A DNA stretch of 64,000 nt from Wickerhamiella versatilis (taxonomy: Eukaryota): positions 1,674,001 to 1,738,000 of the forward strand of contig JAQOWU010000007.1 of NCBI GenBank assembly GCA_030867685.1. The letters are read 5' to 3'. How positions within the stretch are numbered: the first letter of the stretch is position 1; every line of letters starts with the position of its first letter. The notes under the pieces were generated by a model, which saw only the letters and a list, made by a program, of their open reading frames with translations, did not search any database and had not been told where the DNA came from. Below are positions 11,401-21,834 of this stretch, in pieces. The position numbers and the translations under genes are program-made.

Positions 11401-13640
11401 TATGCAACAAGCTGGTAGTCGTTCGTGGTGAAGGTGAGACGCTAGACAATGCCCAGGACAATGCAACCACTCTCTTCAGATGCCTTGTTCGCTCACGTCT
11501 AGCAACAAAGAGAATAACAGAAGAGTATCGTCTGACACGCAATGCATTTGAGTGGGTTCTAGGAGATGTTGAGTCGCAGTTCATGCGTAGTCTTGCCCAT
11601 CCAGGTGAGATGGTAGGTGTTGTTGCTGCTCAATCGATTGGTGAGCCAGCAACGCAAATGACACTCAATACTTTCCACTATGCTGGTGTGTCGTCTAAAA
11701 ATGTAACATTGGGTGTACCACGTTTGAAGGAGATTCTCAATGTTGCTAAGACAATTAAGACACCTGCTCTTACGGTTTATCTTCAACCGGAGGTAGCAGG
11801 TGATATTGAACAGGCTAAGGTAGTACAAAGTGCGATCGAACATACGTCACTCAAAGGTGTTACTGCTGTCACAGAGATTTATTACGATCCAGATCCTCGT
11901 ACTACAGTTATTGAAGAGGATCTTGACACTGTTGAGGCTTACTTCTCCATTCCAGATGAACAGGTAGAGGCAACCTTATACATGCAGTCGCCTTGGTTGT
12001 TACGTTTAGAGCTTGATCGTGCTAAGATGCTTGATAAACAACTAACAATGTCTCAAGTTGCCGAGACGATCAGCCAGAGTTTCGCCGGTGATCTTTTCGT
12101 CATGTGGTCTGAAGATAATGCTGAAAAACTGGTGATCCGATGCAGAGTTGTTCGTGATCCGAAGACACTTGACGAAGAAGAGGCTCAAGAAGAGGATCAA
12201 ATGGTGAAACACGTTGAACAGTACATGCTTGACAACATAAGTCTTCGTGGTATTCCAGCAATAACCCGTGTCTTTATGATGGAGGACAAACAAAGGATTA
12301 TCGATCAAAAGACAGGAGACTACGAAACTAAAATGGAGTGGATCCTCGAGACCGATGGTATTAATCTAGGCGAGGTTATGACTGTTCAAGGTGTAGACGC
12401 GCACCGGACATACTCAAACTCTTTCGTTGAGATTTTAGGAGTTCTGGGTATCGAAGCCACTCGAACTGCTTTGTTCCGAGAACTGTCCAAGGTTATTGAA
12501 TTTGATGGTTCTTATGTCAATTATCGCCACATGGCATTGCTTGTGGATGTAATGACATCCCGAGGACATCTGATGGCAATCACACGTCATGGTATCAATC
12601 GTGCAGACACTGGTGCGTTGATGCGCTGCTCCTTCGAGGAAACAGTAGAAATTTTACTTGAAGCCGCAGCAACAGCAGAACTTGATGATTGTCGCGGAGT
12701 CTCAGAGAACATCATGTTGGGCCAGATGGCTCCCCTTGGAACCGGTGCGTTTGAGGTTTATCTTGACGACAAGACTCTTGCCTCGATGCCTGCACCAGAA
12801 ATTGGTGCCATTGATGGGTCTGCGACGCCATATGAGTCGTTTACGCCTGCGCATGATTCCGCGGCAGGTGATGGTGGTGATGCTGCTTTCTCTCCTCTGG
12901 TGGCATCTGGTATGGGTGATGCAGTTACCCGTGGTGGTTTCACTGAATACGGCAGTGCGGCATCTCCATTTACGGCAGCATCTCCGGCCTGGGGTGGCGC
13001 ATCTCCGGCTTTCGGAGCCGCGTCGCCTGCATTTGGAGCTGCATCGCCTGCATTCGGGGCCGCTTCTCCCGCATTTGGGGCCGCTTCTCCTGCCTTTGGA
13101 GCCGCTTCTCCTGCCTTTGGAGCTGCCTCCCCTGCCTACCAGCCATCTTCACCTTCGTTTGGTGGTGTTTCGCCTGCTTATGCGCCATCGCCTGTGTATG
13201 ACCCAGCAGCTTCGGTGTCGCCTAGTTATAGTGCGAGTGGAGCTTACCAGGCTGTCTCACCTAGTTTCAGTCCTACAAGCCCAACATCGCAAAGCCCCTC
13301 GTCGCCGCGTTATTCTCCTGGTGGTTCGCCTACGTCCCCTGCATATGGTGGTTATAGCCCAACATCACCGGCTGCGAATTATAGCCCAACATCACCGGCT
13401 GCAAATTATAGCCCGACTTCACCAGCCGGCTACTCCCCTACGTCGCCTGCTGGTTACTCCCCTACGTCGCCTGCTGCTAATTACAGCCCGACTTCTCCTG
13501 CGGGTTATTCTCCTACTTCACCAGCAGCTTCTTACAGTCCAACCTCTCCAACTTCTTATTCACCAACGTCGCCGGCCGGGCAGTATTCACCAACATCTCC
13601 CCGACCTCCGGCCTCTCCAGAATATAATCCAGATGCGTAA
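8436..13640 (+). CDS. RPB1: RNA polymerase II largest subunit
   Basis: CQTC/CPGHFGH zinc sites, NADFDGD catalytic motif, [14 protein letters not shown]-terminal SP-repeat domain. Confidence 0.99.
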   Translation: MSGAQFPYSSAPLRAVKEVQFGLLSPDEIKALSVARIEYPETMDETKMRPRIGGLSDPRLGSIDRNFKCQTCGEGMADCPGHFGHIELAKPVFHIGFVTKIKKILEAVCVHCGKLKADESNPEFAQAIKIRNPKRRFAKVWEICKKKMVCEADVYGDEGTKKTVHGGCGNAQPLIRRDGLRLLGQWKKDKSRGDQPEKRYLTPSEILNVFKHISDKDITNLGLDVDFARPEWLLVTVLPVPPPPVRPSIAMNETARGEDDLTYKLADIIKANANVQRCDTEGAPAHVVNEFEMLLQYHVATYMDNNIAGQPQALQKSGRPVKSIRARLKGKEGRLRGNLMGKRVNFSARTVITGDPNIELDQVGVPKSIARTLTYPEAVTPYNIHRLTRFVRNGPNEHPGAKYIIRDTGERIDLRYHKRIGDIALQYGWKVERHLMDDDPVLFNRQPSLHKMSMMAHRVKVMPYSTFRLNLSVTSPYNADFDGDEMNLHVPQSEETRAELSQLAAVPLQIVSPQSNKPVMGIVQDTLCGIRKLTLRDTFLNYEMVQNILFWIPEWDGVVPPPAILKPKPLWTGKQMVSMTIPSGIFMQRFDDSNPVTSPKDNGMLVYKGRVMYGVVDKKTVGSSAGGLIHTIFREKGPYVCAQFVGNIQKVVNYWLLHNGFSIGIGDTIADAGTVANVTNTIAAAKERVEDITKRAYANKLNPEPGMTLRESFEHAVILELNGARDTSGREAENSLQDGNNVKQMVSAGSKGSFINISQMSACVGQQIVEGKRIGFGFADRSLPHFTRDDYSPESKGFIENSYLRGLSPQEFFFHAMAGREGLIDTAVKTAETGYIQRRLVKALEDIMVQYDGSARNSLGDIVQFIYGEDGLDGAQVERQSLDTIPGSNDSFEKRYRVDLLNGDRLRIESMADIVGDLDVQRLLDGEWQRLCDDRHMLRTFVFTNGDHDKPLPVNLRRVIQNAQQIFNVDQNHVSDLTVPEIVDGVQQLCNKLVVVRGEGETLDNAQDNATTLFRCLVRSRLATKRITEEYRLTRNAFEWVLGDVESQFMRSLAHPGEMVGVVAAQSIGEPATQMTLNTFHYAGVSSKNVTLGVPRLKEILNVAKTIKTPALTVYLQPEVAGDIEQAKVVQSAIEHTSLKGVTAVTEIYYDPDPRTTVIEEDLDTVEAYFSIPDEQVEATLYMQSPWLLRLELDRAKMLDKQLTMSQVAETISQSFAGDLFVMWSEDNAEKLVIRCRVVRDPKTLDEEEAQEEDQMVKHVEQYMLDNISLRGIPAITRVFMMEDKQRIIDQKTGDYETKMEWILETDGINLGEVMTVQGVDAHRTYSNSFVEILGVLGIEATRTALFRELSKVIEFDGSYVNYRHMALLVDVMTSRGHLMAITRHGINRADTGALMRCSFEETVEILLEAAATAELDDCRGVSENIMLGQMAPLGTGAFEVYLDDKTLASMPAPEIGAIDGSATPYESFTPAHDSAAGDGGDAAFSPLVASGMGDAVTRGGFTEYGSAASPFTAASPAWGGASPAFGAASPAFGAASPAFGAASPAFGAASPAFGAASPAFGAASPAYQPSSPSFGGVSPAYAPSPVYDPAASVSPSYSASGAYQAVSPSFSPTSPTSQSPSSPRYSPGGSPTSPAYGGYSPTSPAANYSPTSPAANYSPTSPAGYSPTSPAGYSPTSPAANYSPTSPAGYSPTSPAASYSPTSPTSYSPTSPAGQYSPTSPRPPASPEYNPDA
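13011..13136 (+). repeat. Coding tandem repeat, 6 x 21 bp (FGAASPA), proximal RPB1 CTD
   Basis: Six consecutive FGAASPA units with synonymous codon variation. Confidence 0.95.
13353..13601 (+). repeat. Coding tandem repeat, 10 x YSPTSP cores with 24/27-bp period, distal RPB1 CTD
   Basis: Units [19 protein letters not shown]; Tyr-to-Tyr spacing 9,9,8,8,9,8,9,8,9. Confidence 0.95.
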
Positions 13641-13839
13641 AATTAAGTGCTTTAACAGCTATATGTCTTTTCTATGGCTAGGAGCTTTTTATCTTGGGTT
13701 TTTAGTCAAATCACCAATTAAAACCTTAGAAATAACTTAACAGAGATCTTATTGATTGCTTTCCCACGATGCAAAATAGTTAAAAATTAATGGGGATTTG
13801 ATTAGACAAAAGGTCTGATGATACTGTAGTGAATGCAAG

Positions 13840-15363
13840 TCAGTGCCTCCGTCTGAGATCTGTTGCTGGTAATGTGGATGGGTTATGCTGCGGAGCCGGT
13901 GTCTCTTTCTCACCAAGCTGTCGTAAAAGACTAGCCCGTTCAGCTGCGTTCTCATCGAAATAGCTCACTTCGGTTAACGGAGGTCTCTCACCTTGGTTTA
14001 AATCGGGAAGTGAAGAGGACGGTGACGCCCCTGACGTAGTGGATTGTGGTGGCGGGCGCGGACCACGACCATCCAATGCATGTTCTTCGCGTATGGGCTG
14101 TATTTGGCCTTTCGCCGCGGACTCCCAAAGCCAGTCGATGGTTACAGCAGGTACACGCCATTGGACAGCGAAACTAAGCTTTCTTGCTCCCTTGTTTGCG
14201 ATAAGAATATCCCTATCTGTAGTAAATGCCTCCTCATGTGTCGCCCCAAGAAGGTGTAAGAGCATCTGCACATGACGAAGCTCTACTGTGGTAAATCCCG
14301 ATACACAAGCACGTAACCCTACGAAACCAGGCGTAGGTTGTCTCCACACTGGTTGTGACCATTTGTCGTCCAATGCAAGTTGCTTTAGATGAAGCGTACG
14401 TTCAATTGCCCATTCTGTAATGAGTTTTGCACCAGGAGGTACCTGTGGTGGTCTTCGTGGTTTCTCACTACTTACGAGAAGGTAGTGCGGCTGAGAAGAC
14501 TGCTGCGCACCATTCGAGCTAAGAACACGAGTAATCACTCGCTCTTGTGCGGAATTAAACCCATACCAGGCAAATGTGATGTTTGATAGTATACCCTTTG
14601 CCAAAACTGGCTCCGAACGGGCAGGCTGCTCGTCCGGCTCAACTATATTGGTGATCGACCTTTTCCGTGAGGCATTTGTTATTTTATCCCATGAGTCTGA
14701 GTGGGCTGCAAGTGAACGTTTACGTGTAGCTGCTGCCACAGGCGCGGCGGCAGTTGCTAAGGCATCCTCAAATGTATATCTTTTGGGATCCAGCGCGGCC
14801 TGTGACCTTACCGAGTCATTGACCCACCGAGGTCCAGCAATAGATGTCCCCCACATCCTCGCATGCTCATATTTTCTGCCCTGCGGCTTTGGGACTACTA
14901 AAACATCACAATTACGAGTAAGAAGCTGTTCAACCTTTCCCCCCAGGCTCTCAATAAAAGCAGTTAATTTAGCTCTTTCTGTGGAATCAAATCCACTGAG
15001 ACATACTAAGAGATTTTCAAATACATCTAACTTTTCAGCGTTAAAAGCTAGTGAGGGTTTCACGTCGTCTCTTCCAGAGAGCCAATTTGACCATACACGT
15101 TCAACCGTTGACGGGGATACTAACACTGTATCTGGTAAAAAATTGTCAATGACTTGGTTGTATATTGGGCCAAATCGCCGGCCGACAACAAGGTATGATG
15201 GGGCAGTGGTTCCAAGCTCGGATTTTATAGTTGCACCCATTTCTATAAAAAGGTCGGCAACACGCGACGCTACTTCTGGAGAAACATCGCTCATCATTAC
15301 ATTTTTGAGAGCTAGAGGACGTTGGCTATCCAAAGATTCGGGACCATTGACGCCAATCGCCAT
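13840..15363 (-). CDS. DPB11: Multi-BRCT replication initiation/checkpoint protein Dpb11/Cut5/TopBP1
   Basis: Four BRCT-like units: FENLLVCLSGF...ESLGG...GRKYEHARMW...WVNDS; FVGLRACVSGF...LLGA...KLSFAVQWRVPAVTIDWLWES. Confidence 0.8.
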   Translation of the reverse strand: MAIGVNGPESLDSQRPLALKNVMMSDVSPEVASRVADLFIEMGATIKSELGTTAPSYLVVGRRFGPIYNQVIDNFLPDTVLVSPSTVERVWSNWLSGRDDVKPSLAFNAEKLDVFENLLVCLSGFDSTERAKLTAFIESLGGKVEQLLTRNCDVLVVPKPQGRKYEHARMWGTSIAGPRWVNDSVRSQAALDPKRYTFEDALATAAAPVAAATRKRSLAAHSDSWDKITNASRKRSITNIVEPDEQPARSEPVLAKGILSNITFAWYGFNSAQERVITRVLSSNGAQQSSQPHYLLVSSEKPRRPPQVPPGAKLITEWAIERTLHLKQLALDDKWSQPVWRQPTPGFVGLRACVSGFTTVELRHVQMLLHLLGATHEEAFTTDRDILIANKGARKLSFAVQWRVPAVTIDWLWESAAKGQIQPIREEHALDGRGPRPPPQSTTSGASPSSSLPDLNQGERPPLTEVSYFDENAAERASLLRQLGEKETPAPQHNPSTLPATDLRRRH

Positions 15364-15530
15364 AAACAGTCTCTGCTGTTGCTGACTAAATGAGTTATGG
15401 TAGATATTTAAAAAAAAGCATCAAGTTTTAAAGTACAATAAAGCTGTATACATAGACAATTTCTTATTTTTCTTTTCTTTTTCTTTGAATACATACTACT
15501 ACATCACAATGAAGTGGAGATATTTCTTCT

Positions 15531-16850
15531 TCATGACAGGTCTTTTCCTTCGGAGAATTCATTTAATGGTCGCACATGGTCATCCCGTTCTTGTTGGGTA
15601 CCTCCTTTCGCTTCCATTCCTGCGTTAGAATCGTCTTCATACTGGTCGTCTACCAGAATGCTTTTTGGAGTATATTGCATCTGCACTGATGGTGCGAACT
15701 TGGTCCGTTCAAGCCTCTGTAGGCTGGATGTTAGAATACGGTCCAAAAATTCTCTAGTATTAGCATTTACCATGTTGGACGGCCGAACTTCCAAACGATA
15801 GTCTGGTCCAAAGTACTCAAAGTATTCTGTATATGGCAGCTCCAGAGGCAACTCTTTTCCTGCACACACACTAGTTTCATAGGCCCAGGTACGTGCAACA
15901 TTCCTTATTGTGTATCCACCACCCCCTAACAAAATGAGTGGTACGCGGAAAGTCTTGAGATATTCTGCACACTTTGCATGGCCAAACATAGAAAGATTAA
16001 AAACACCAAGCCTATCTCCACTCAGAGAATCACCACCACATTGCAATACCACAGCCCCTGGCTGGTACCATTCCATGATTGCCTTGATTGCGGGCTGAAA
16101 AACGGAGTGATAAGAGACATCATCAATTCCATCACGCAGCGGGAAGTTGAGCGCATAATATTTGCCTTTTCCAACTCCCACATCCCTCAAAGCACCTGTG
16201 CCAGGGAAGAACTCGCCATACTTGTGGAAGCTACATGTCATCACCCGGTCAGAAGAATAGAACGCCTCTTCAACACCATCTCCATGATGGACATCAATGT
16301 CTACATAGAGCACTCGCTGATGCTTCCTCAAGAGTTCCAGGATAGCAAGTACAATGTCGTTTACGTAGCAAAATCCCGAGGGCTCTGATTTCTTTGCATG
16401 ATGCAGGCCTCCAGCCCAGTTAACCGCAACATCGCATTTTTCGGCATTAAGTCGCGCGGCACCCTCCATGGAACCTCCTGCACTAATTCGAAACAGTTCA
16501 AACATATTCTCAAAAACAGGGTTATCCTCGCCAATGTTGAACTTCAACTTATCACTCGCGAAGTCTGTCTCTATGGTCTCAGGGCTTACCCTGCTCAGAA
16601 AATCGATATACTCATCCGTGTGAAATTGTGTCATCTCTAGTTTCGTTGCGGGACGTGCACGATAAACCTCCAGGTGCTCATAGAGCCCATAGTTCATAAT
16701 GAGCGAATGGGCCATGCGAATACGATGAGGTTTCATCGCATGACCGTAACCATATGTATAGTTACCGACATTCTCATCGTAAAAATATGCCACTCGTCGG
16801 CGATCCTGAGGAGTGTATGTGAAGGGTTCAAAATGCCGGCCTACGGACAT
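15531..16850 (-). CDS. RPD3: Class I histone deacetylase, Rpd3/Clr6 family
   Basis: [67 protein letters not shown]. Confidence 0.9.
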   Translation of the reverse strand: MSVGRHFEPFTYTPQDRRRVAYFYDENVGNYTYGYGHAMKPHRIRMAHSLIMNYGLYEHLEVYRARPATKLEMTQFHTDEYIDFLSRVSPETIETDFASDKLKFNIGEDNPVFENMFELFRISAGGSMEGAARLNAEKCDVAVNWAGGLHHAKKSEPSGFCYVNDIVLAILELLRKHQRVLYVDIDVHHGDGVEEAFYSSDRVMTCSFHKYGEFFPGTGALRDVGVGKGKYYALNFPLRDGIDDVSYHSVFQPAIKAIMEWYQPGAVVLQCGGDSLSGDRLGVFNLSMFGHAKCAEYLKTFRVPLILLGGGGYTIRNVARTWAYETSVCAGKELPLELPYTEYFEYFGPDYRLEVRPSNMVNANTREFLDRILTSSLQRLERTKFAPSVQMQYTPKSILVDDQYEDDSNAGMEAKGGTQQERDDHVRPLNEFSEGKDLS

Positions 16851-17186
16851 GAAGCTTGTTCCGTAAGCAATTCAGAGCGGAGTGTCAAGGTCAAAAGGAT
16901 CTGCTTCACCGTCTAGATACTCATTGAAAATTCAAATTCCAGCGTTTCATGTATTTATCCATAACATTTAAGCACATAGCCTGTATTTTATGTCGAAAGT
17001 GGGCCATCATCACCTTTCGTTTTAAACGCAATAATGCGGGGATTTTTCCTGAACAGTATTGTTACAAATGCAATAACTCTTCATAAATAAACTTAATTAT
17101 TCGATAAAAATTCTATACTAACCAAGTTAAGGGCAGTTTCCCAGAATTAGTGAATTTTTCGAGCGGTCCTGGGTTTGGTTTTTTGT

Positions 17187-18485
17187 ATGCGCTCAGCGCT
17201 AGCCAGTTATGGCTCCTCTGTGCTCGCTGCTAGCGATCCATGGGCGCTTCCTGCGTCCATGCGGGCGTTAAAAAATATGGAAACTATTGGATTTATTGGA
17301 TTCAGCCAGGCAGTTCTTTCCGGAGACTGTGAGAAGGCGTGGGACGTTTTGCGAGACACCGCGTCTGTAAACGAGGCTTTGTCTCGCACACCGGTCTCAC
17401 ACTGCTCTAAATTTTTGAGAAGTATGCCCAGTGGCAGTTATACTGCTCAGAAATGGTTTCCACGGGCTTTACAGTTCAGACGACATATGCTTGGTTCTGG
17501 TAATGCTCTGTCCAGTGGTGACTATGCTGCTTTGATCAACATCGCGTTTAAGTCTAGGCAGCCCTCACAAGATATTGAACGGATATGGCAAAATATGGTG
17601 ACAGAGCGGGTTCCACGGGATACCAACGCCTGGAACCAATATATTATGGCGATGTGTGATGCATATCCACCATTTTGGCCCAAGCATGTTCGGAAAGGTG
17701 CAGGCCACTTGGCTCCGTCAAATACTCCAGCACGCACCATACGCCGTCCGCTAGAACTTCTGACAATGATGGAGATTGAGCGTGTGGCTGGTAACGCACG
17801 CACTTATGAACTAATAATGCTGGCTGCGGCACGACAACGGGATCTTCCTCTGGCAGATAAAATTCTTGAAATGTGCTGGCTATCTAAAGTACAACCGGCA
17901 GATTCCCCACTTGCTCCCTCGTTGAGCACGTTAACGGCAGTAATTAATGCTTGGGCATTCAATTCAGCATGCGTCGAAGGTCTTGAACGAGTACACGAAT
18001 TACAAAAAAAATATTCTCTTCCTCTTGGTAGCAAGGATGCAGAATCTTTCTGGCATTCGCTTCTGCGATGGGTCCGCATTCAAACAGAGCCCTCAGGCAA
18101 CGTTCCTTCCAGGCTGTTCGAAAGTTTGTGGGAGGCTCTAAGAGAAGTACGTGGATCAAATATTTCACCAGGTATGTGGGCTATTCGCACAGAGTTCTTG
18201 ATATCGAGAAACCAGTTCGATATTTTAAGCAAAGATATACCCGATATCCTTGGTAGTGACCCCCATCCAGCGGCAATTGCAACTGCCCGCGTGGCTCTCA
18301 ATAAGTTGGTGAAAGGCTATGCCAATACTGGGCGTGGCCTGGATGCTGTGAGTTTGCTTGAGTATTGGGCGCCCAGAGGTCTGGATTTACGACCGGAATT
18401 GGAAGGTTATGTCCAGAAGAGGGGTGCCACCCGAGAACAGCTCGAGATGTTCCGCGAAGATGATGATGAAGACTCTTTATTTTAG
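17187..18485 (+). CDS. AEP2: Mitochondrial ATPase expression protein (Aep2/Atp13 family, PPR-like)
   Basis: PPR-like helices (TNAWNQYIMA, ARTYELIMLAAARQRD); W....PADSPLAPS...AVINAW..N...Y.LP....FW..LLRW as in the fungal ATP13 family. Start set at first ATG 17187. Confidence 0.65.
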   Translation: MRSALASYGSSVLAASDPWALPASMRALKNMETIGFIGFSQAVLSGDCEKAWDVLRDTASVNEALSRTPVSHCSKFLRSMPSGSYTAQKWFPRALQFRRHMLGSGNALSSGDYAALINIAFKSRQPSQDIERIWQNMVTERVPRDTNAWNQYIMAMCDAYPPFWPKHVRKGAGHLAPSNTPARTIRRPLELLTMMEIERVAGNARTYELIMLAAARQRDLPLADKILEMCWLSKVQPADSPLAPSLSTLTAVINAWAFNSACVEGLERVHELQKKYSLPLGSKDAESFWHSLLRWVRIQTEPSGNVPSRLFESLWEALREVRGSNISPGMWAIRTEFLISRNQFDILSKDIPDILGSDPHPAAIATARVALNKLVKGYANTGRGLDAVSLLEYWAPRGLDLRPELEGYVQKRGATREQLEMFREDDDEDSLF

Positions 18486-18565
18486 TTGATTATAGATTTT
18501 GATCCTTGAGATGTCCTTATTATAAGTTTAAACTCACAGTGCGTGTGTTCTGCATGTATACCTAT

Positions 18566-19423
18566 CTACAACTCTTCATGTGCCGTATCAGGAGTTGCAC
18601 TGGACGACGGGGAAATAGCGGTGGTCTCAGCAGTTGCAGAGGCCTTAGAACTCGCAAATCCGCCATAGTCAACGAATTCAAGATCATTGACAACCATATA
18701 CCGCGAAAAATACTGCCACAGTAGTCGGTACCAGGTAGCCTGGCTCTTATATCCTTTCTGGAACGCAGAACGCACCCGGAAATAATCCCAGTTAGTGGAT
18801 AGCAATACGTAGTGTTTACGTAGCGACGCATGGATAAGTGACAGAAAACCATCAAGAGTAAAGATATACTTCCGCGGCAAGATCACCGATTTCAACTGTA
18901 AGACATACGGAGCGAATTCTCCTGCATTGTAGGACTCCTTCGCATAATGCAATACTCCCTTTGACGTCTGCTTATGATTTGTGTGGCCACTGACACCATC
19001 CTCATCAAATGTTACAATGACGCTAGCATCCGCATCCTTCTGGGCCTCCTTGACATGCTCGGCTATCACTTCTGGATCCCACACAGTCGTCATTGAATCG
19101 GGTAATCTCTCATCGTTGACGACCTTTACCTGCGTGGGTGGAAGTCCAAGGAACACTGTTGCATTATAAAGCTCTTGGGCACGAATGTCGCCAAGACCTT
19201 CCGCATCACCAGTACTCAAACACATAAGGAATACAGTGCAGTTCTGCTTCAGTGCGTATAGTATAGACGGTCCAAAAAACATCGCCTCGTCGTCAGGATG
19301 AGAAGTGACAAAAAGAACATTGTTTTCATTCATAACCGGAACATTAGAAGTAAGATACTTGGCAAAATTACTGGCAAAGATACCAGAGCCGACTACGGCC
19401 ATCAAAAACTTCTTCCAGTTCAT
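18566..19423 (-). CDS. GPI12: GlcNAc-PI de-N-acetylase (PIG-L family)
   Basis: HPDDEAMFFGP, CLSTGDAEGLG..R..EL, TFDEDGVSGH.NH, SQ..W.R.L...FSRYMVVNDL; N-terminal hydrophobic anchor. Confidence 0.93.
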   Translation of the reverse strand: MNWKKFLMAVVGSGIFASNFAKYLTSNVPVMNENNVLFVTSHPDDEAMFFGPSILYALKQNCTVFLMCLSTGDAEGLGDIRAQELYNATVFLGLPPTQVKVVNDERLPDSMTTVWDPEVIAEHVKEAQKDADASVIVTFDEDGVSGHTNHKQTSKGVLHYAKESYNAGEFAPYVLQLKSVILPRKYIFTLDGFLSLIHASLRKHYVLLSTNWDYFRVRSAFQKGYKSQATWYRLLWQYFSRYMVVNDLEFVDYGGFASSKASATAETTAISPSSSATPDTAHEEL

Positions 19424-19879
19424 GCTACGGAAACGAGCAAGAAGGTGCAATGTATGCTTATCTTATCATGACTGCCTAAGTGCGACATCGCACCATCGAA
19501 TGTCTCTGTTTTGCTAGACTTAAATTTGGAACGGGTCAATAAAATTCATCTTCAAGGTCGCCAGTATATAAAAAAACTAAAAAGCTCGACATCGTTGATA
19601 AAGCGTTTATTATTAGTAGTATTAAGATGTTGTCATTTATTCTAATCAATTTACTGACAAATGAAGAACTACGTATTCGCTATACCATCACAGCCACCGG
19701 CAAACACTAGCTTGAGTATCGGAAAATTCTGCTGTTTACAGCCTATAAATTGCCATAACCTAGTTTTTCCCTTTGTTTAAACTGTATTCCTATGACTTCC
19801 TAACCCGCGTTCTCGTGGCTGACATATTCACACATCAACTTCAACGAAGGGCGCCCGGGATACGTCAGAAGCTTGAAAA

Positions 19880-20926
19880 ATGACCGACTTTGTTCGCATC
19901 CAAGTATTTGGCTCGCATTTTGAGGTCACATCCCGATACTCTGATCTGGTATTAGTCGGTATGGGCGCCTTCGGGCTGGTCTGTTCTGCAACAGATACTC
20001 TTACGGGTCAACAGGTGGCAGTCAAAAAAATAATGAAACCTTTCAGTACAGCAAGCCTAGCCAAAAGAACATATCGTGAACTTAAGCTTCTAAAGCACCT
20101 CAGGCATGAGAATGTGATATCACTAAGTGATATCTTCATCTCTCCGCTTGAAGACATTTACTTTGTGACCGAGCTACTCGGTACAGATCTGCATCAACTT
20201 CTTCTCAGTCGTCCTTTAGATCCTATGATCATCAAGTATTTTTTTTATCAGATCATGCGTGCTCTTAAATATGTGCATTCTGCTAATGTGGTCCATCGCG
20301 ATTTGAAACCGAGTAATATTTTAGTGAACGAGAATTGTGATATCAAGATATGTGATTTTGGCCTTGCTCGTATTCAAGATCCACAGATGACTGGCTATGT
20401 CTCTACCAGGCATTACCGTGCACCGGAAATTATGTTGAGTTGGCAACGGTACGATACAGAGGTAGATATCTGGTCAGCTGGATGCATTCTGGCCGAAATG
20501 ATTTTGGGAAAACCACTTTTCCCTGGCCAAGACCATATACATCAATTCAGTATTATCACGGAGTTACTGGGGACTCCACCTGAAGAGGTCATATCCGCAA
20601 TTATGAGTGAAAACACGCTTCGTTTTGTACGCTCCCTTCCGCGCAGGCCACGAGTACCATTAGCGACTAAGTTCGCTGGTTGTGAGCCTGAAGTGATAGA
20701 TTTACTTGAAAAGATGTTGATATTTGATCCGCGGGCCCGCATCACGGCAGCAGAGTCTTTGGCCCACCCATATCTCGCTCAGTATCATGAGCCAAGTGAT
20801 GAGCCAGTGGCTGAAGAACCATTTGATTGGTCTTTCAATGGCGCAGACTTGCCAGTAGATACTTGGAAAGTGATGATGTACTCAGAAATCTTAGATTTCC
20901 ATAATGTTGGGCCTGTTGATGAATGA
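19880..20926 (+). CDS. HOG1: Stress-activated MAP kinase Hog1/Sty1
   Basis: [46 protein letters not shown] (TGY motif), [13 protein letters not shown]. Confidence 0.98.
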   Translation: MTDFVRIQVFGSHFEVTSRYSDLVLVGMGAFGLVCSATDTLTGQQVAVKKIMKPFSTASLAKRTYRELKLLKHLRHENVISLSDIFISPLEDIYFVTELLGTDLHQLLLSRPLDPMIIKYFFYQIMRALKYVHSANVVHRDLKPSNILVNENCDIKICDFGLARIQDPQMTGYVSTRHYRAPEIMLSWQRYDTEVDIWSAGCILAEMILGKPLFPGQDHIHQFSIITELLGTPPEEVISAIMSENTLRFVRSLPRRPRVPLATKFAGCEPEVIDLLEKMLIFDPRARITAAESLAHPYLAQYHEPSDEPVAEEPFDWSFNGADLPVDTWKVMMYSEILDFHNVGPVDE

Positions 20927-21004
20927 TTTCCCCGGATTAATGTATGATTATTTGGAGCTTTATGTCTATTTTTTGAACCTTTCTAAACAAGCAAATACTT
21001 ATAG

Positions 21005-21547
21005 TTAATACTTTTCCAAGTCTTCGGTAAATACTTTAAGTTGATGTACGTCCAAGTTAGAACTTGCAGCGGCAGAAGCAAATTGCTGGTAAGCTGACAC
21101 TAATTGAGAGATAGGTTGTTTACCAATAAGCTTTTGGCCACTAGCATCGGCTATACCCAGGAAGGTTTTGGCATTGTTCGTTATTGAAGGCACCATTGAA
21201 AATAGAAGATAGTTCTTTACAGCTGGTACCATTGAGTGACTATATGACCCTGTCGAGTGGTCCACAAGATCCAAGGTTGTATTTACATGTTGGGTCGTTG
21301 TGCTGGCAAAACCTTCAACCAAATTTTGTGTAAGATTCCCTTTCTGCGTATTTATTTGGCTGCTAATTGAGTCCATTGAACGAGTTACGTCTGTGATGAC
21401 TTTCATTGCCGAAGTAAGATCTGATTGACGTATCGAATCTTCATTAGACGACATGACAAGTGGATTTAATCCCATACTGAAAATTCTCACGGCAGGAGCG
21501 CATAGTGATTTTGCAAAAAGATTCGCAACTATAATACTGAATCGCAT
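21005..21547 (-). CDS. Hypothetical small, possibly secreted, S/T-rich helical protein
   Basis: 180-aa ATG ORF filling the gap between HOG1 and YCF1; signal-peptide-like MRFSIIVANLFAKSLCAP; no family recognised. Confidence 0.55.
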   Translation of the reverse strand: MRFSIIVANLFAKSLCAPAVRIFSMGLNPLVMSSNEDSIRQSDLTSAMKVITDVTRSMDSISSQINTQKGNLTQNLVEGFASTTTQHVNTTLDLVDHSTGSYSHSMVPAVKNYLLFSMVPSITNNAKTFLGIADASGQKLIGKQPISQLVSAYQQFASAAASSNLDVHQLKVFTEDLEKY

Positions 21548-21834
21548 GCGGATTCGTCTAATGACAAAATATTCTTAAGCGAAAAAAATAAGTTTCATTC
21601 TAATTAATCTGAGACGTTATCAAACCTAGTTAATTGGTTGGCTTCTTGGGGTACCAGCTATGAATCTACCAAACAGTTGTGTTAAATCATCATCATATAT
21701 ATACCATAGGATACATTCAATTTTGACCGATATATAGTATTGATCGGTCAAGAAGTTACGACCAACGTTAACATGGTTCACAAGAAAAATATTACATATA
21801 TTTCTATTATTCTTTTAGTCTATAACTGAACACA

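Noticed and set aside
12658-13740. 360-codon alternative-frame ORF over the RPB1 CTD
   Set aside because: The R/L/H-rich product is what S/P/A repeat codons give when read off-frame, which rarely creates stops; no independent evidence of coding.
14576-15385. 269-codon ORF antisense to DPB11, and similar antisense ORFs over ERG13, HAS1, YCF1 and TFB3
   Set aside because: Shadow ORFs of real genes, with no recognisable motifs.
20395-20430. HOG1 STRHYRAPE instead of STRYYRAPE, and a short C-terminus
   Set aside because: A single substitution also seen in other CMGC kinases; short Hog1 tails are common in fungi.
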